NCBI GenBank assembly: GCA_973895155.1
Contig: OZ316893.1
Coordinates: 12,788,359-12,852,358 of the forward strand
Direction of reading: 5' to 3'
Length of the DNA stretch: 64,000 nt
Source of the DNA: Marsupella aquatica
Lineage: Eukaryota > Plantae > Marchantiophyta
The notes beneath the pieces were generated by a model. The model was given only the letters and a program-made list of their open reading frames with translations, was not told where the DNA came from and did no database searches. Within the stretch, counting starts at the first letter, position 1, and the number at the start of each line of letters is the position of its first letter. Of this stretch, positions 50,301-64,000 are shown piece after piece. The position numbers and the translations under genes are program-made.

Positions 50301-53300
50301 AAGTAAACTCATGACATTAAAGCTGCTGCAATGATCGTCGTTTTTAGTATATATTTCACAGAGATGAACTAGTATCCAGTACTAGTGATATTATATTTTG
50401 ACCTGGTGTCCATCAAACCATACGTCAGCTTGCGACCTTGACAATATATATATGGTTGTTCTGGTTGATCGAGGTCAAATCTATGACGTTCCTGTGAAGT
50501 AAAGAATACATTCTCTGAATCTTGCATTTTTTCGTCATCGAAGGAGGATCACTAAATCGCCCATTAGTCAGTGCATTGTCAGAAGGTGCACAGCGCCGAA
50601 TGCAAAAAACCCATTACGGTAACATCAGTAGCCACGGCCAAAGGGAAAACAGAAAAGGAGGTGCTGGCAACGACTGTAAACCAGGGAACCAGACAACCAA
50701 TAAAGGGACGAAGAAGGCCCAAGAACAGACACAGGCCAGTCAAAATTTGAGGTGTCAAGGTTTCTGCTACCAAAACTCAGAGGCCCTGAGGAAACGCCAC
50801 CCCATGATTGAAGCCAGTGAAGGTACCCCTTCCGAAGCAAGAACGACGATCTACAGCAGCTTCACTGAGATCTTCCAGAGAACCCGTGACGATAGACGCT
50901 ATCGTCGTTGTAGCAGTAAATAGTAAATATATGACTTTCTTGTCAAGGATTTAATTATCAAAAGATTCTCTCGCATTTAAACTGAAGTGTTGATTATAAC
51001 ATAGATGCTTGTTCGACTATAATAGTTAACTAGGGTTTTTTGAAGTGAAGAAAGCGTGACTGGTCTTTATTTCCTCTCGTTTACGGAGAACACATTAATA
51101 TGATGTCGACCAACGAATCGCTAGAAACTTTAAATCCTCTTGATAAAAAAATTCAAACATACACCTCCACTTCTGCACCTGTAGCTTTCTAATTTGGAAC
51201 ACTCTGATGCGAGATGACCTACAAGATGTCGATCAAGTGAAGCTCCTGTGATCGTCGATCGGGAGGAAAATGGACTTGCGTATTAAAATCGCTGTGGTTA
51301 CGTGAATGAGCGATCTGTGACTCAAAAGTGGATGATTAGTTGCGAAGTCAGCACACATCAATTTACTTTAAAGCCGCTCCAGTGTAGTTTTTTTGCACGA
51401 CATTATTTGCACGTAATGGATCGATAGCCGTGCATGGAAAGTATGTCGATGATCTGTTTGCATGCCAAACACCTGTACTACCCAATAGAATCTATGGAAA
51501 TTTAATGAATTGATTGGCTTTCGCCGGTCTGGACCAAGTTATTTGGAGAAGGAAGGGATTGCGTCTCTCGATCACTGTCTCTTCAGTCGAGGGATTGATG
51601 AATTGAATCTCTCAACTATCAATGTTCTAGAAACTGTTCACCAAATTATTTTGTCACAGGGAAATCATTAGCTATAGTCTGTGCCAGAATGGTGGTACAC
51701 TGACCACCAGCAGGATGGATCACGGTTTACTTTCTCGACAGGAGCGGGCTTATTCCGAATCAACACGCCACTAAAAACCTCGGATAATCAGATAGACCAA
51801 ATGACCTTCAATGTACTAAGGAACACGTCATCAGGTATGGACTAATTCATTGCGGGACCTTGACAATACTCCAAGATAAAAAGGCTTTTCTGTGACACGT
51901 AACGGAGCAGCTTTTCGATCCATCTGCAGACCGGGATGATCCTTCTCATTCACCAGCATCAATTCGCAGTAGTAAATGTTCTGTGTTTTAGCTCATCGAT
52001 AGTCGACACGTGTCATGTAAGAATGACGACGAATATCAACACAGAATACAGCTTCGCAAGTTTGGAATCGCTGAGGGTACATGAGAACTTGGGATATGAT
52101 CGAATCAAGGTTCTTAAGAAGTCACAGGTTTCTTCTGCCTACGACCAAAGTTCTTCCGAATAACTATGTGCAGAAGCTACCATCAGCAAGCACGATGTCC
52201 TGACTCACAAGCTTATCACACCCGAGTTTCTTTCGATCAACTTGTTGCAGGTGAGTTGCACGGCAGAATCTACGTATAGTTTTGACTGTGGAAACCTTCT
52301 ACGTAGCTGCCACAGTCAACCCGAACGCAGGAAAGCCGGCGTGCCTTTTGCGCACACTACAGTATGTAGCAGCTGGGCATTCATCATTATCTTAATAAAC
52401 CAATCCTACAGTTAGACTTTTATTAACAGCGTCACCTCCTATCAGTCATGAGCTTGGGATTCTCAGTTCTGATTTCTGAAGGATTCGCATGCCAGACACA
52501 GCAGCTGATATCATGTCTCCTTTTCATACATTACTGCTCATCCCCAACTTTCCGCGGTACCCCTCGAAACTCCGTTCCTTGACATGGTCTTTGCTTTAAA
52601 GCCATCTCTCTCCAGGCTGTTGGCCGCAAGATCTACTGTAGAAACCCGGCCCCCCGCGTTCACTGGTATTTGGAGTTCGTCCTGTCAAAATCGTATCGTC
52701 GTATCGAGTGAAATTCTAAAGTCAAACAGTACGTCCCGCCTTCGAAACATAAGCAGCTATTAATGTCACCGCAGAGACTCGACTGTAGACTTGGTACGAG
52801 GCCTCCCCCGGGGGCCGGGGCCCCTTCCCTGAATGAGTCTGCCAACCAGAGAGCGTCCGTGCAGAGAGTTGACCTTCCTTTCACCGGCAACGACTCCAAG
52901 TTCCAACCTTCTATACTCCACTGACCACTTGACCAAAAGTTGAGAAGACGAAATACAAAAGACGAAGAGAGCCCACAGAAGACCACGCAACATTGCAATT
53001 TAACCAAAGAAACGCTACTTGAATGTTAACGTATGTGAAGCCTTTCAGGCAAAAAAATTCTATGTGTCCCATCTAAAATTAGAATACAGTTGTTGTTAAT
53101 TAACAGAGGCTAACATTCGGGGCAGACCTTCGATGACCAGCTAACGCGGATACGGAATATCGTTTGCGTAATTAAAGTAATAGCACTCACCCAAAAATAC
53201 CTTGCCCTTGCCTTGGGTGACAATATTGCAATAACTCAGCGGCATTTTCCACCTCGCCTCACTGCTTCTGATGCAGACAAGTTCCAAGAAGCAGCCCAAG

Positions 53301-55344
53301 CTAACGTCGCTCGAAATAAAATACTCAGCAAGCTCAGGCGTTGGGAGAAAAGTCGTGACATACGCACGTATTTCCATAAAGCAGGGCTTCGAGAAGCAGG
53401 CCGAAATACAAAAAGTGGCAAACCCGGACCGATGTTTTGGCAAAAAATCCAGGAGAACCTTATTCCCTCTTGGGATGTCGTTTACAATCACTGGTAGAGA
53501 AGATATCGTAAGTTTGGCTTCCAAAGGAAATTCTGTAATCTCTATTGGAATCAGCAGTTTGTGATTGTCATCGTTTCTTAATTCGAATTGAGATTGATGG
53601 ACGAGCACTTAGGAATCTCAATGATGACAGTGGGATCTCATGAATGATGAAAGTAAATAAGTTCAAGGCGTTTCGTCTATTTGTGAGGTATCCACATTTG
53701 ACCCTATTGAGAGTTGGGAATCGTGTGCAGCTTAGAGTCCGGTCGCTGCTAGGTTCGCTGGAGACGACAGTCATGACGCAACATTTTCCTGTTCAAAATG
53801 CACGAATTAAGTGGAGTTCCTTGGATTTTCGTACAGTACAAAGCTACAAATATCGTTCAAGGCAATAAACCTGGCTTCTAAGCTACTAGGACAAGTGTCA
53901 CACTCCACAGTGCTAACTGCAAGCACGTGCATCATGAGCACCTTGATGGACGCTCAACTGCTCAAGCCTCACCTTTGCCTTGTCTCGTACGCAGCCGGGG
54001 TACGCAGCTCAACATTTGTGATCGAATTTCCAATTGAGCACACTGACTAAACTAGCGCTTACGACTGTATCTCTGACTACTGTGCTCGATCAACCGAAAA
54101 TTCCTCACCGCTTGGACCAGATCAATTCAGATTTAAGTTATTTGCTCAGAGAAGACGGATTCTCGATTAATTTATGGCTCTAAACATCCTGAAAAACAAA
54201 CATCTTACAAGTCACCAGTCGCGAGAAAATATCTTAGTTTCCCCTTTGACAACATCTGGATAACTGCTCTACACACCTGTGGGAGATCACACTTCGAATA
54301 CTTTTGACTTCCATGCACCTTTCCCCGATCATAGAGACAGCTCGTTTGGTGCCTTACTGCTCCGTTGTCGTGGTGGCCGTGGTGCTCAACATGGCACGGG
54401 CGGACCTGGTCCATCCATCGGCCCTCAGGTGTCTTGTGCAGTTGTGAGGCAGCACACAATCTGTGAGAGTCTGAGTGACCAAATATTCGTTTCCTTCTTT
54501 GTCAACTCTCGATCTCTTTCAATCATCATGCATTACGTCATACTCCTCGGAACGTAGGGAGGTGAGGAACTTGACCCAGCTTAACTTGATGATTCCACTT
54601 TAGCTTGCATCTCTCACTCACTCACAGAGAAGTGGGAGATCACGCGCTCCATTGGGTTTGTCAACTCTCGATCTCATCTACCTATCCTCTGATAAACCCT
54701 AAGCCGTTGCGTTTATTTATTTGGCAAGTGACTTAGGAGTACTTTACAAGACGTCGAGGGCTTTGGGAGTTTTTCTTACCAAAGCAAACTGGAAGACCAT
54801 TGCATACACTAAATATAGTGTCCCGAGGCTAAAAGCATTTTTTGAATCCTTTTATTGCCCCAAGGTCGTCTTGTAAAGCCAAGTGCAGCCAGTGGTGCCA
54901 AATTAATTGACTAAAAGACAGATTGAATACCCACTCCACCTGAATGTCACATAATCTTTGGCTAAAGTCTTTGTAAATGTGAGAATAGAATATATTATGA
55001 AGGACTTGTGGGTCCCTTTTTATTACAAATGACTTAAAATAAAAATGGACCAAGCAGCTAGAAGAAGAAACCACCAAGAGAGATGGTCTAAAATCTAGGA
55101 CAAAAGAGTGCTCCACATAAGCAAAAATTGGGCAAAAATTGGTAGGATTGGTAACAGGTTGGGTTGAAAGTGCCCCCAAGGTTTTGTAAAGTGAATAGCA
55201 GCAATTTCTTTCAAATGGATGGCCTTGATCAGATCTTGGACACAAAAAAAATGTGGAAACTGCCCCCAACGTCTTGTAAAGCCACCCTTATTAGTGACTG
55301 ATGGAATAAAGAGTGGTGATGGGATCATCCCAAAACTTTTGTGT

Positions 55345-55492
55345 ATCCCAAGGTAGCCTACTTGGGAACAGTATAGTATACAGTACAGTATAGTACATTA
55401 GAGTATAGTATAGTATACAACCATAATACTCAATCAACCACTATATCCCAAGGTAGCCTACTTGGGAATAGTATATAGCATAGCATACAACC
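55345..55492. repeat. Duplicated tatcccaaggtagcctacttgggaa unit with an (agtat)n microsatellite
   Basis: Two copies are visible at about 55345 and 55445. Confidence 0.8.
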
Positions 55493-55785
55493 AGGCCCTT
55501 TGACCAAGAGGTTTGGTCACACAAAAGCTTAACTATTACAAATGTCCACTCTTTAATATTGTACACTAAATTTTGGAGAATCATATGCACGGAATAGTAT
55601 GCCCATAAAATGGATTTGGAAGCATTTTTGGGCCCCCACCACAAAACTGAACTGAAAGTTCAGCCAATAAACCACTATAATATGGGATCCCGCCAATTCA
55701 ACTACCTGCTTAATCAACCACAATAAAATGAAGATCTCGCCAATTCAACTATACTTCTTAATCAATTACTATAATATGAGATCCG

Positions 55786-58700
55786 TGTTGAGCATAGACG
55801 ACATTCGCAACGGCAAGCCCATGAACCATCCAACGCACAATAGTCGACACAGAGAGATACGTGGTTCACCTCCACATAAGGCTACGTCCACGGGAACACA
55901 CAAGAGTTTTACTGCACTCTAGGCCGACCGGCCATACCAAGCATCCACAGCATAAGCTCTCCCTATCTCTCAACTAGCTCCGTAACAATGAACCTAAGTT
56001 CCACCAGGGTCTGGCATCAGCCCTGGCTATATGCACAACAGCACTACCGCTAACATTAGCTAAGTCCTAACCCGAGTTAGACTAACTATGGTTAGCTCAT
56101 GAGTCACAAGACTAGAGCAATATCTAACAAACTCCCCCTTGACTCTTGTCTTGGGGACTAGACTAAATGCTACCATATGGAATCCTCAGCGGGAAGTTCT
56201 AGACAATCACCAAACCAGGTCTCCCCCTAAAAACCACAAGGGTTAACTAAGGGTTAACTAGAACTAAGCCGTAGCCAAACAGGAATGAGTAATCCATATA
56301 CAAATAGTCACACATTGCTAAATAACTCTACGTGCACTACAACTGCAAAACCTGCAAAGTAGCACGGTGTCTTGAGAAACTCTCCAAAAGAATCACTTTG
56401 GTAAAGGCATCAGCGGGATTGAGCTTTCATCAATCTTGACTAGCTCAAAAGTTTTATCAGACACTGCTTGCCTGATAAAATGGTACCTGATATCAATGTG
56501 CTTCACCTTGCTATCCATCACTTGGTTAGCAGCCAAGTGAAGAGCACTCTGACTATCACAGTTTAGAGTCATTTTACCATGCTCTAAACCCATCTCCGCG
56601 ATCAACTTGTCCAACCAAATTGCTTCCTTTGTTGCTTCTGCTACTGCAACATACTCTGCTTCTGTAGTAGACTGAGATATACACTTCTGCAAGGTAGATT
56701 CTCAACTGATATATCCTCCTTCAAGAGTAAATACAAACCCAGTTGTAGACCTCCTTGTATCCAGACAACCTCCATAGTCAGAATCTACATAGCCAACCAA
56801 CGTTCTATCTGATCTGTTATCAAATAGTAATCCATAGTCTTGTGTACCCTTGAGATACCTGAGAATCCACTTCACAGCTTCCCAATGTACCTTCACTAGA
56901 TTTGACATGAATCTGCAAACCTTGCCCATCGCTAGGGCCAAGTCAGACCTAGTACAAGTCATCAAATACATCAGACTGCCTACTGCCTTCTCATAAGGAA
57001 TCTTAGCCATCAGACCTTTCTCCACAGCATCCGTAAGAGAGAAAGCCGATGATAACTTGAAATGTGAAGCTAAATGAATACTCACTGGCTTACAGTTTTC
57101 CATCCTGAATCGTGCAAGTACTTTCCTCGCATACTGGCCTTGACTCAAGCACAACTGTCCAGTCTCAGAGTTCCTAAAAATCTCCATACCTAAGATCCTC
57201 TTGGCCTTACCAAGATCCTTAATCCTGAATTCAGCACTCAATTTCGCCTTGAGACTGTCAACCTTAGATTGATCTTTAGCCACAATCAGCATGTCATCCA
57301 CATAGATCACCAGAATGATGAAACCAAATACATCATTCTTGACTGATTTCGTATACACACAAGGATCATACACCATCCTTGTAAAACCTTGAGCAAGCAT
57401 GAAATCATCAAACCGCTTGTTTCACTGTCTGGGAGATTGCTTCAATCCATACAAGGACTTGAGCAATCTGCAAACTAAGTTCTCTTGGCCCTTCTTCATA
57501 AAGCCTAGCTGTCTCATGAAGATCATCTCTTCCAAGTTGCCATAGAGAAAAGCAGTAACAACATCCATCTGATCCATCACCAGATTAAAAAACACAACAA
57601 GCTGACACAAGATCCGAATTGTGGAATACTTAGCCATAGGTGAAAAGACCTCATTGTAGTCCACTCCTTTCTCCTGAGTGAACCCCTTGGCAACAAGCCG
57701 TGCCTTGTAGATCTTATCTCCACCCTCTGAAGGACTGTCCTTCAACTTGTAAATCCACTTGCTGTCCACCACTTGCTGACCTCTTGGAAGCTCCACCAGC
57801 TCCCATGTCTTGTTGTTACTCAAAGATTGCATCTCCCTCTGCATTGCTTGATTCCACTCATGCTTCTGCTCGAGCTTCTGCTCTGAAGCACAAGTCTCAC
57901 TGTACGAAGAAGGCTCTCCTTCTTCCAAGATCAAAGCCATGTCATCTTCATCAGGTGCAATGTCAATATCATTTAGCTTAGATGAGTCTGCCCATTGACC
58001 ATACCTGGTAGGAGCTCTAGTAGAACAACTGGAAGTTCTTCTAGTAGATGACTCAGGCTGATCTGCTACTGCTACTGGCTGAATTTGAGGTACCCCAGCA
58101 ACAATCTGCTCCTCTTGTTCCATCACAGGAACCAGCTCCAAGCCCGGAGCTTCTCCATCTCTCCTGTCATGAACATCATCATGACTAATCTCCCCCTCAA
58201 CCCCGTCTGGGATGGGAGATTTCCCCTTGTCAGTATGGGAGTCCTGAGAACTCTCCCCCTCCTTTGATGATCTGGATTCATTAAAGGACACATCTCTACT
58301 GATAATTAGCTTACAGGTTACTGGATCCCATAACCTATAACCCTTCACACCTTTCTGATAACCAAGGAAAATGCACTTCTTCGACTTGGACTCCAGCTTG
58401 GATCGAAGTTGGGAAGGTGTAAGCACATAAACATCACATCCAAAAATCCTTAGATGTGAGTAATCTGCTGGACGCCCGTACCTCATTTTAAATGGCGTCT
58501 TGAATCCAATAGAATTGGATGGAGAAAAATTTACCAAATAAGCTGTAGTGTTGACAGCTTCAGCCCAAAACTCATGTGGTAAGCATGATTGACTCAACAT
58601 ACTCCTCGAGCGGTCCAATAGTGTTCGGTTGAGTCTCTCAGAAATACCATTTTGTTGAGGAGTATAACTTGTTGTGAGATGGCGGGTAATCCCCTGCTCC

Positions 58701-59387
58701 TTAGAATACATTCCAAATTCACCGGAACTGTATTCACCGTCGTTATCCGATCGAAGATATTTCACCTTATTACCAGTCTGATTCTCTACTTGGGCTTTCC
58801 ACTCCTTAAAAGTGGCAAAAACATCAGACTTATTGTGTAGAAAGTATATCCACACATACCTTGAGTAATCGTCAATGAACGTGACATAGTATAACCGTCC
58901 AGAATGTGAGGGAGTAGGGGCTGGACCCCACACATCACTATGTACATACTCAAGTACCTCCTTGTTGGTGTGCTTTCCAACTCCGAAGGGTTTCCTGTGA
59001 TGCTTCCCTAGCACACAGTGCTCACAAAATTCCAACTTACAGGATTGCAAATTAGAAAGTAATCTTTTCTTCTGAAGAATAACCAAATCTTTTTCACTCA
59101 TGTGGCCCAAACGGAAGTGCCACAGTCGGGCCGTCTCCTCATGAGATAAGGTTACATTGGCTTCATCACAAACTACATTGCCCTCCAAAACGTATAGATT
59201 GTTATGTCTCCTTCCCTTCAATACAACTTTAGTATCAGTTGAAACCTGAAGGACACCATTAGCAGAACTCCATTGATGACCATTTTTTTCTAAAATTCCA
59301 AGTGAAATGAGATTTTTCATCATGCTGGGAATATGTCTCACATTCCTCACCGTTCTCACAACACCATCAAACATCTGAAATCTAACA
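55786..59387 (-). mobile_element. Ty1/copia retrotransposon (Tnt1/Tork-like by inference) lacking its 5' LTR, gag and most of the protease
   Basis: 3' LTR 55786-56129 (TGTTAGAT...CAACA on the minus strand), PPT aagggggagtt at 56130-56140, copia domain order INT-RT-RH, and a 5-bp TSD atccg at 55781-55785 and 59388-59392. Confidence 0.95.
56330..59374 (-). pseudogene. Copia pol (GAG-pre-integrase, integrase, RT, RNase H) with nonsense mutations
   Basis: Motifs WHFRLGH, HSDVWGP, FIDDYSR, RSDNDGEY, NGISER, YKARLVAKGF, SLYGLKQ, YVDDML and STTEAEY. In-frame TGA codons at 57422 and 56702 replace conserved Trp positions, and there is a frameshift near NPADxxTK. Confidence 0.93.
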
Positions 59388-59872
59388 ATCCGGTCAATTC
59401 AAGTGAACCATACTACTCAAGCAACCATTGCCAATTCTGGCAGATGTTCTTTTTCACACATTCAAGCCAAAAATGAACCATACTTTTTAATCAACCACTA
59501 TAATATGAATATCCCACCAATTCAACCATACTTCTTAATCACCACTATAACACTAGATCCAGCCAATTCTGGCCGCTGGTCATTTCACGCAAGCCAAAAA
59601 TGCTGGAAAAACTCTTGGCTGACTGCTGAAAAACTATTTTTTTGTCACCATTGGATCCACCCCTTAGAACTCTCCCGGCCACATGTTGCCCCATCCTGCA
59701 CGCGTGCCTTCGGCCTGCCTTGCGGGTGTATGGGCTACACAAGCTCAGCCTCGATCAGGTGCCGTGTAGCCGGACACAGGCATCGGCATGAAGCCTTGGG
59801 AGGTGGACCTCGCCGTCCATGCCATCCACCTCGCCCTCCGTGCATGGTTGCCTGCACACTTCCTTGGCTTCT

Positions 59873-60918
59873 CCCTGGGCCCCCAATTGTAATTAATATG
59901 TGAAATACATGCAAATAATTTTATTTCCGTCTGAATTATTTGCATGTATTTCACATATTATTTACTTCTAACAAGTATTTTGACATATGAAATACTTATA
60001 ACAAAGAATTTTTACTACTGATGAAAATAACAAGGGGTATTAGAGAAGTGGTCAATGGCATGGGGGTTCACACTTCTTTGAAAAAACCAACTTTGGAATC
60101 CAAACATGTAGCTTAAGTCATGTTTAAATGTGAAGTAAAACCAAATCTACGTCATAAAATAGAATGTGGAGAACTATTTTAATTGTCATAGTGAAAATAA
60201 GAAAACCACAACTTAATTATGATTCAATTTAATTTTTAACGTGAAATAACTACACGGTAGCTTTTTCACATATTCACTTTACTCTATAGTAACTTCTAAG
60301 ATCATGATTAATAATAACTTTGGCCACCCTACCTATTATCACGCGGGTACCTACCTAGAAGTAAGGAAGTCAAAGGGAAGAAGGAAGTCATTTATTATTA
60401 GTATATCTGTCCCACGATATATATTAGAACAAGAAGGAAAGTACCCTCTTACCATTCCCACCAGATATTTAATTTAGGTACCGCATTGATGTGGCCCACA
60501 ATACGGGTGTGCACATCAAACCTTTCCAACACCCCTGGCCCAGCATAACTAATAACGGGTGACAGGGACATGCGGATGAAGAATGCGGTGATTAAGTTTT
60601 ATACTTAATTAAAATAAAAATGATATTGGTTAGTGTTACTCTGCAAACCTTTTCTAATAAATTCAGGTTGGCGTAAAATGCAAGCCCATATGTGGGCACA
60701 ATATGGACTTGCTTTTGGTCACGTATTGATACACGTGGAATAGAAATATATTAGAAGAATATTGAAATAATAATATTTACATAGTTTAACCATGTTTGAA
60801 TCAGCCAATGTGGGTGGTTGTCCAAGGAAAAATCTATGGAATGTGAAATTATATATGATCACTTGTCTGCTCTTGAATAGTTGGTCATGGGGAGCTTTAT
60901 TCAAATAGGGGGCCCAGG
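59873..60918. mobile_element. Possible TIR element related to 9691-10687
   Basis: Ends ccctgggccccc / gggggcccagg and a similar size of about 1 kb. The TSD is not clean. Confidence 0.45.
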
Positions 60919-62200
60919 CTTGTATTTGAGTTTTGTTTTCTTTCATGTATTGCTCTTGCACAATATATCTTCCAAAATGGATGTTTTCTGGGGAAGAAGA
61001 TACCCCACACTAATTGTGTATGCATAAATGAAAGTGTGACAAAACACAGTAAGTTTCATGAATGAAAAATCACAAGTGCCGAGTGGATCGATTTAACAGT
61101 GAGAGTTTGCAATTGGTGAAGCTAGGATGTTATTGTAGACAAGCCTTATGCCTGTGCGTTGCACAATGCAAAAGGGCCAGTCCATAGGGAGTTAGGCTGG
61201 GGCATTTATAGGGCAGCTGGAAGCACATATGTGTTAGGGGTGCACATATTCTCCATCAATGGTCAGGGAAAAAATCCAATCCAATCCAACAGTTGTGAAT
61301 CTCTCTTGCCCATGAACTTTTTGTATTGGGAAGAAGGGTGGAAAAAGACGGGATCCCTTATTATAGTTATAGATGAAACAAACCATTATGTTCATATAGC
61401 TCAAATTCAATTAGGTGGATTGAAGCAAACTTTTATTAATGCTATGCTAATATAACTCAAACTCAATTAGGTGTATTGAGCCCTATTGGGTGATGAGCAC
61501 TTTTTGGAGGGCCAGTGGCCCAAAGTAAAACACCCAGGTAAAGAGTACGTAGCCACAGATAATTGGCTTTAATCGCTCTACTTATGGCTTAGACAATGAG
61601 TGAGTCCTCTAAGGTGACAATAATCCCACGCTGACTGTCTTGAACGGCGGCTTCCTCCTCATGGCCGGATCAATGAGATCTATGTGGACGTCCCCCTGCT
61701 TTCGCTTCATGTCCTGACCTGGCATGTTTCCGTCGCTTCATCAGTTCATCAGGTCACGGCAGCGTTGTACTTTTAGCTCACTTAGTCAGGTTTGTCCCAA
61801 GCAGTTTGTAACGAAGTTTCGTGTGCCAGGATTGACCTCCTCGGTAGGACGCTAAACCTGAGAATAACACGTTAATATATGCACTAATATCCCGATCTTC
61901 AAGCCCTGGTCAAACCCGGTGCTTTGTCTGAACATCTATAAGAGCCCACTGCAAAGCTTTGTACTGCATTCAGACTTTGAGCCAACTGAGATTGCCAGTC
62001 ATTGTCAGAACAGTAAGTCTCCTCTGTCTGTCTCCCCCCCCCCCAACCCCTTCGAAGGCTTGCTGGTGTAGATTGTGAAATCAACACTTGATTGTAGTCT
62101 CAGGTACGTAGGCGGTCTGTGTATGTCTCCTACAACGGAATCGTAACAGTATCAGATAGTTTCTGGTACAGTTTTCCCATCCAAGGATTCTCTAGCATGC

Positions 62201-64000
62201 ATGGAGGATAATCATTTCATCACTGCAGCCATGACGATGAAACGAAGAGCTGGCTGGGGTACCTGCGGTACGAGTGGGCGCGCTGTGGCGATGCTTTTAC
62301 TGCTGATAGTCTCCTGTGCAACCTCATCGACTGCACAAGGGAATCATTCCGTCTGCCAGACACTAGACCCTTCCCCCACACTCACACCATTTATAGACGC
62401 TCTGCCTATTGTCGCATCGATTGACATTTCAAATCCTGACTGCCAGTTGACTTTGGGCACTTACAAAATCACCCAGGTACGTGTTACTCTCTGTTTTCAG
62501 CCTGAGTAAAATTGTCAATGTGATAGGTGTATATAGGGTAGGGAAGCCCGCTGGTTCAACTCTGATCACTCAGATAATGTGCTTTGAAATAGTTCTTGTG
62601 AATTTGAAGAAGCCAGTCGTAAGCGATTTAATTACGCTTCATCTGATCGTCCACACAGGAAATTCTTGTCCATAGCTTTTCAGCCACACCGAAAGGTGTG
62701 GGACAAAGAAAAACCAAGCATGACAATAGAAATTTAAGTGGGGCATGATTTAGTCGTGTCACATTCGGAGTTACTTTACCTACTTTACCTATAGCTTGAC
62801 GTGATACTCGATGCTGAGCGTGAACAAGATGCCTGTGGGGTGGATTCACATACACCATATATCGTGGCTATTCGCTCAGTCTCGTTGATATGTTTCCTGG
62901 ACAATTGTATGCTTAATTAGTATCGTGCTCTAATATGTGCATGGCTTTGATTCCTGCAGAAGATGCACTCCGAGCTTCCTCCAACAACGTTGTATGCATA
63001 CGGAACGAGTCAGCACACAGCAACGGTTCCAGGGCCATCACTTGAAGCCACTCGTGGAAAGCCATCCAAAGTTCGGTTTGAGAATCACATCAGCGACAAA
63101 AATCCCTTCCTGCAAGTAGACCGAACCATTCACTGGGCCAATCCACCCAACGGCGGTGTCCCTACTGTGACGCATCTTCATGGAGCAGAAGCACTGAGCG
63201 ACTCTGATGGAAATCCAGATGCTTGGTTCACAAAGTTCGGTGACAAGGGCCCTAAATTCGTCACTCAGAATTACACCTACGCGAATTCGCAGCCTCCCAC
63301 TCTCCTTTGGTATCACGATCACAGTGTCGGAATGACCCGTATTAATGCTCTGGCAGGCCTCGCTGGGCTCTACTTTATTCGGTCACCCGAGGAAGAACCT
63401 CAAGATCTTCCTTGTGGGAATTTTGAAGTTCCTCTTGTCATTCGAGATATGCAATTTTGGCCGAACGGATCCATCAATTTTCCGGACATCGGAAATTCAC
63501 CATCTTATCATCCAAACTGGTGCCCAGAGTACTTTGGAGACACCATACTCGTGAATGGCAAGGCCTGGCCTTACCTAAATGTTTATCCGGCGAAATACCG
63601 ATTTAGGATGCTCAATTCAGCGAACGCTCGATTCTTCAACTTCTCGCTCAGCGACCCCTCCCTTGTTTTTACTCAAATTGGTACTGATGGAGGCTATCTG
63701 CCGTACTCTCAAGATCTCTCTTCGCTTCTTATGGCTCCAGCTTACAGAGCAGATGTGATCATAGATTTCTCGAAGCTCACCCCCGGGCAGTCCGTGTACA
63801 TGAACAACTCCGCCGCAGCTCCATTTCCAAGTGGGTCGGAAGATTTCAGCCCTCCCCAGATCAACTCAGTGATGGAATTCAGGGTCATTGAGACGCCTTC
63901 GGATCTGACGATCCCAAAACAAGTGATCCCGAAGGATTTTGGGCCGGATTCTGCTCTACCTCGCAAGTATAAAACAGATCAAGGGGACTACTACCGATTT
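62201..64000 (+). CDS. LPR1: Multicopper oxidase, LPR1/LPR2-like (CotA/bilirubin oxidase-like); 5' part only, truncated by the window end
   Basis: Exon 1 is 62201-62476 (signal-peptide-like LLLLIVSCA, then LTPFIDALP) with a GT donor. Exon 2 starts at 62960 after ctgcag and is open to 64000: KMHSELPPTTLYAYG...VPGPSLEA...VTHLHG...LWYHDH...LAGLAGLY...WCPEYFGDTILVNGKAWPYL...YRFRMLN...IGTDGG. The start could be ATG 62201 or 62231. Confidence 0.93.

Noticed and set aside
48600-50920. Short ORFs at 48596-49255 and 50522-50923
   Set aside because: They are low-complexity, T-rich on the minus strand and resemble retroelement 3' tails, with no protein motifs.

Overview
This is eukaryotic nuclear DNA from a land plant. 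A non-seed plant, probably a bryophyte, is inferred from gene and transposon content but is not proven. Four host genes can be supported: two tandem, intron-less MEKK/MAPKKK-type kinases (- strand, 14788-16608 and 25932-27752) with an atypical DWG motif, an 8-exon TSPO/TspO-MBR gene (- strand, 32805-35453), and the 5' part of an LPR1-like multicopper oxidase (+ strand, from 62201, running off the window). Most of the rest is nested transposon sequence: a Ty3/gypsy-type gag and probable LTR, a decayed LINE, a Ty1/copia element with a truncated but TSD-flanked 5' end, solo LTRs, an 8-bp-TSD MITE family, two pogo/Tc1-mariner-like elements and non-autonomous Helitrons. The most unusual features are a 377-bp TRIM whose LTRs carry a tRNA-like Pol III cassette (36865-37241), the conserved RVxF/PxSP/NLS and SUMO-related motifs in the kinase tails, and the copia element whose 5' end lies at an LTR-like site inside pol. 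All calls were made by reading the sequence; no database searches were run.
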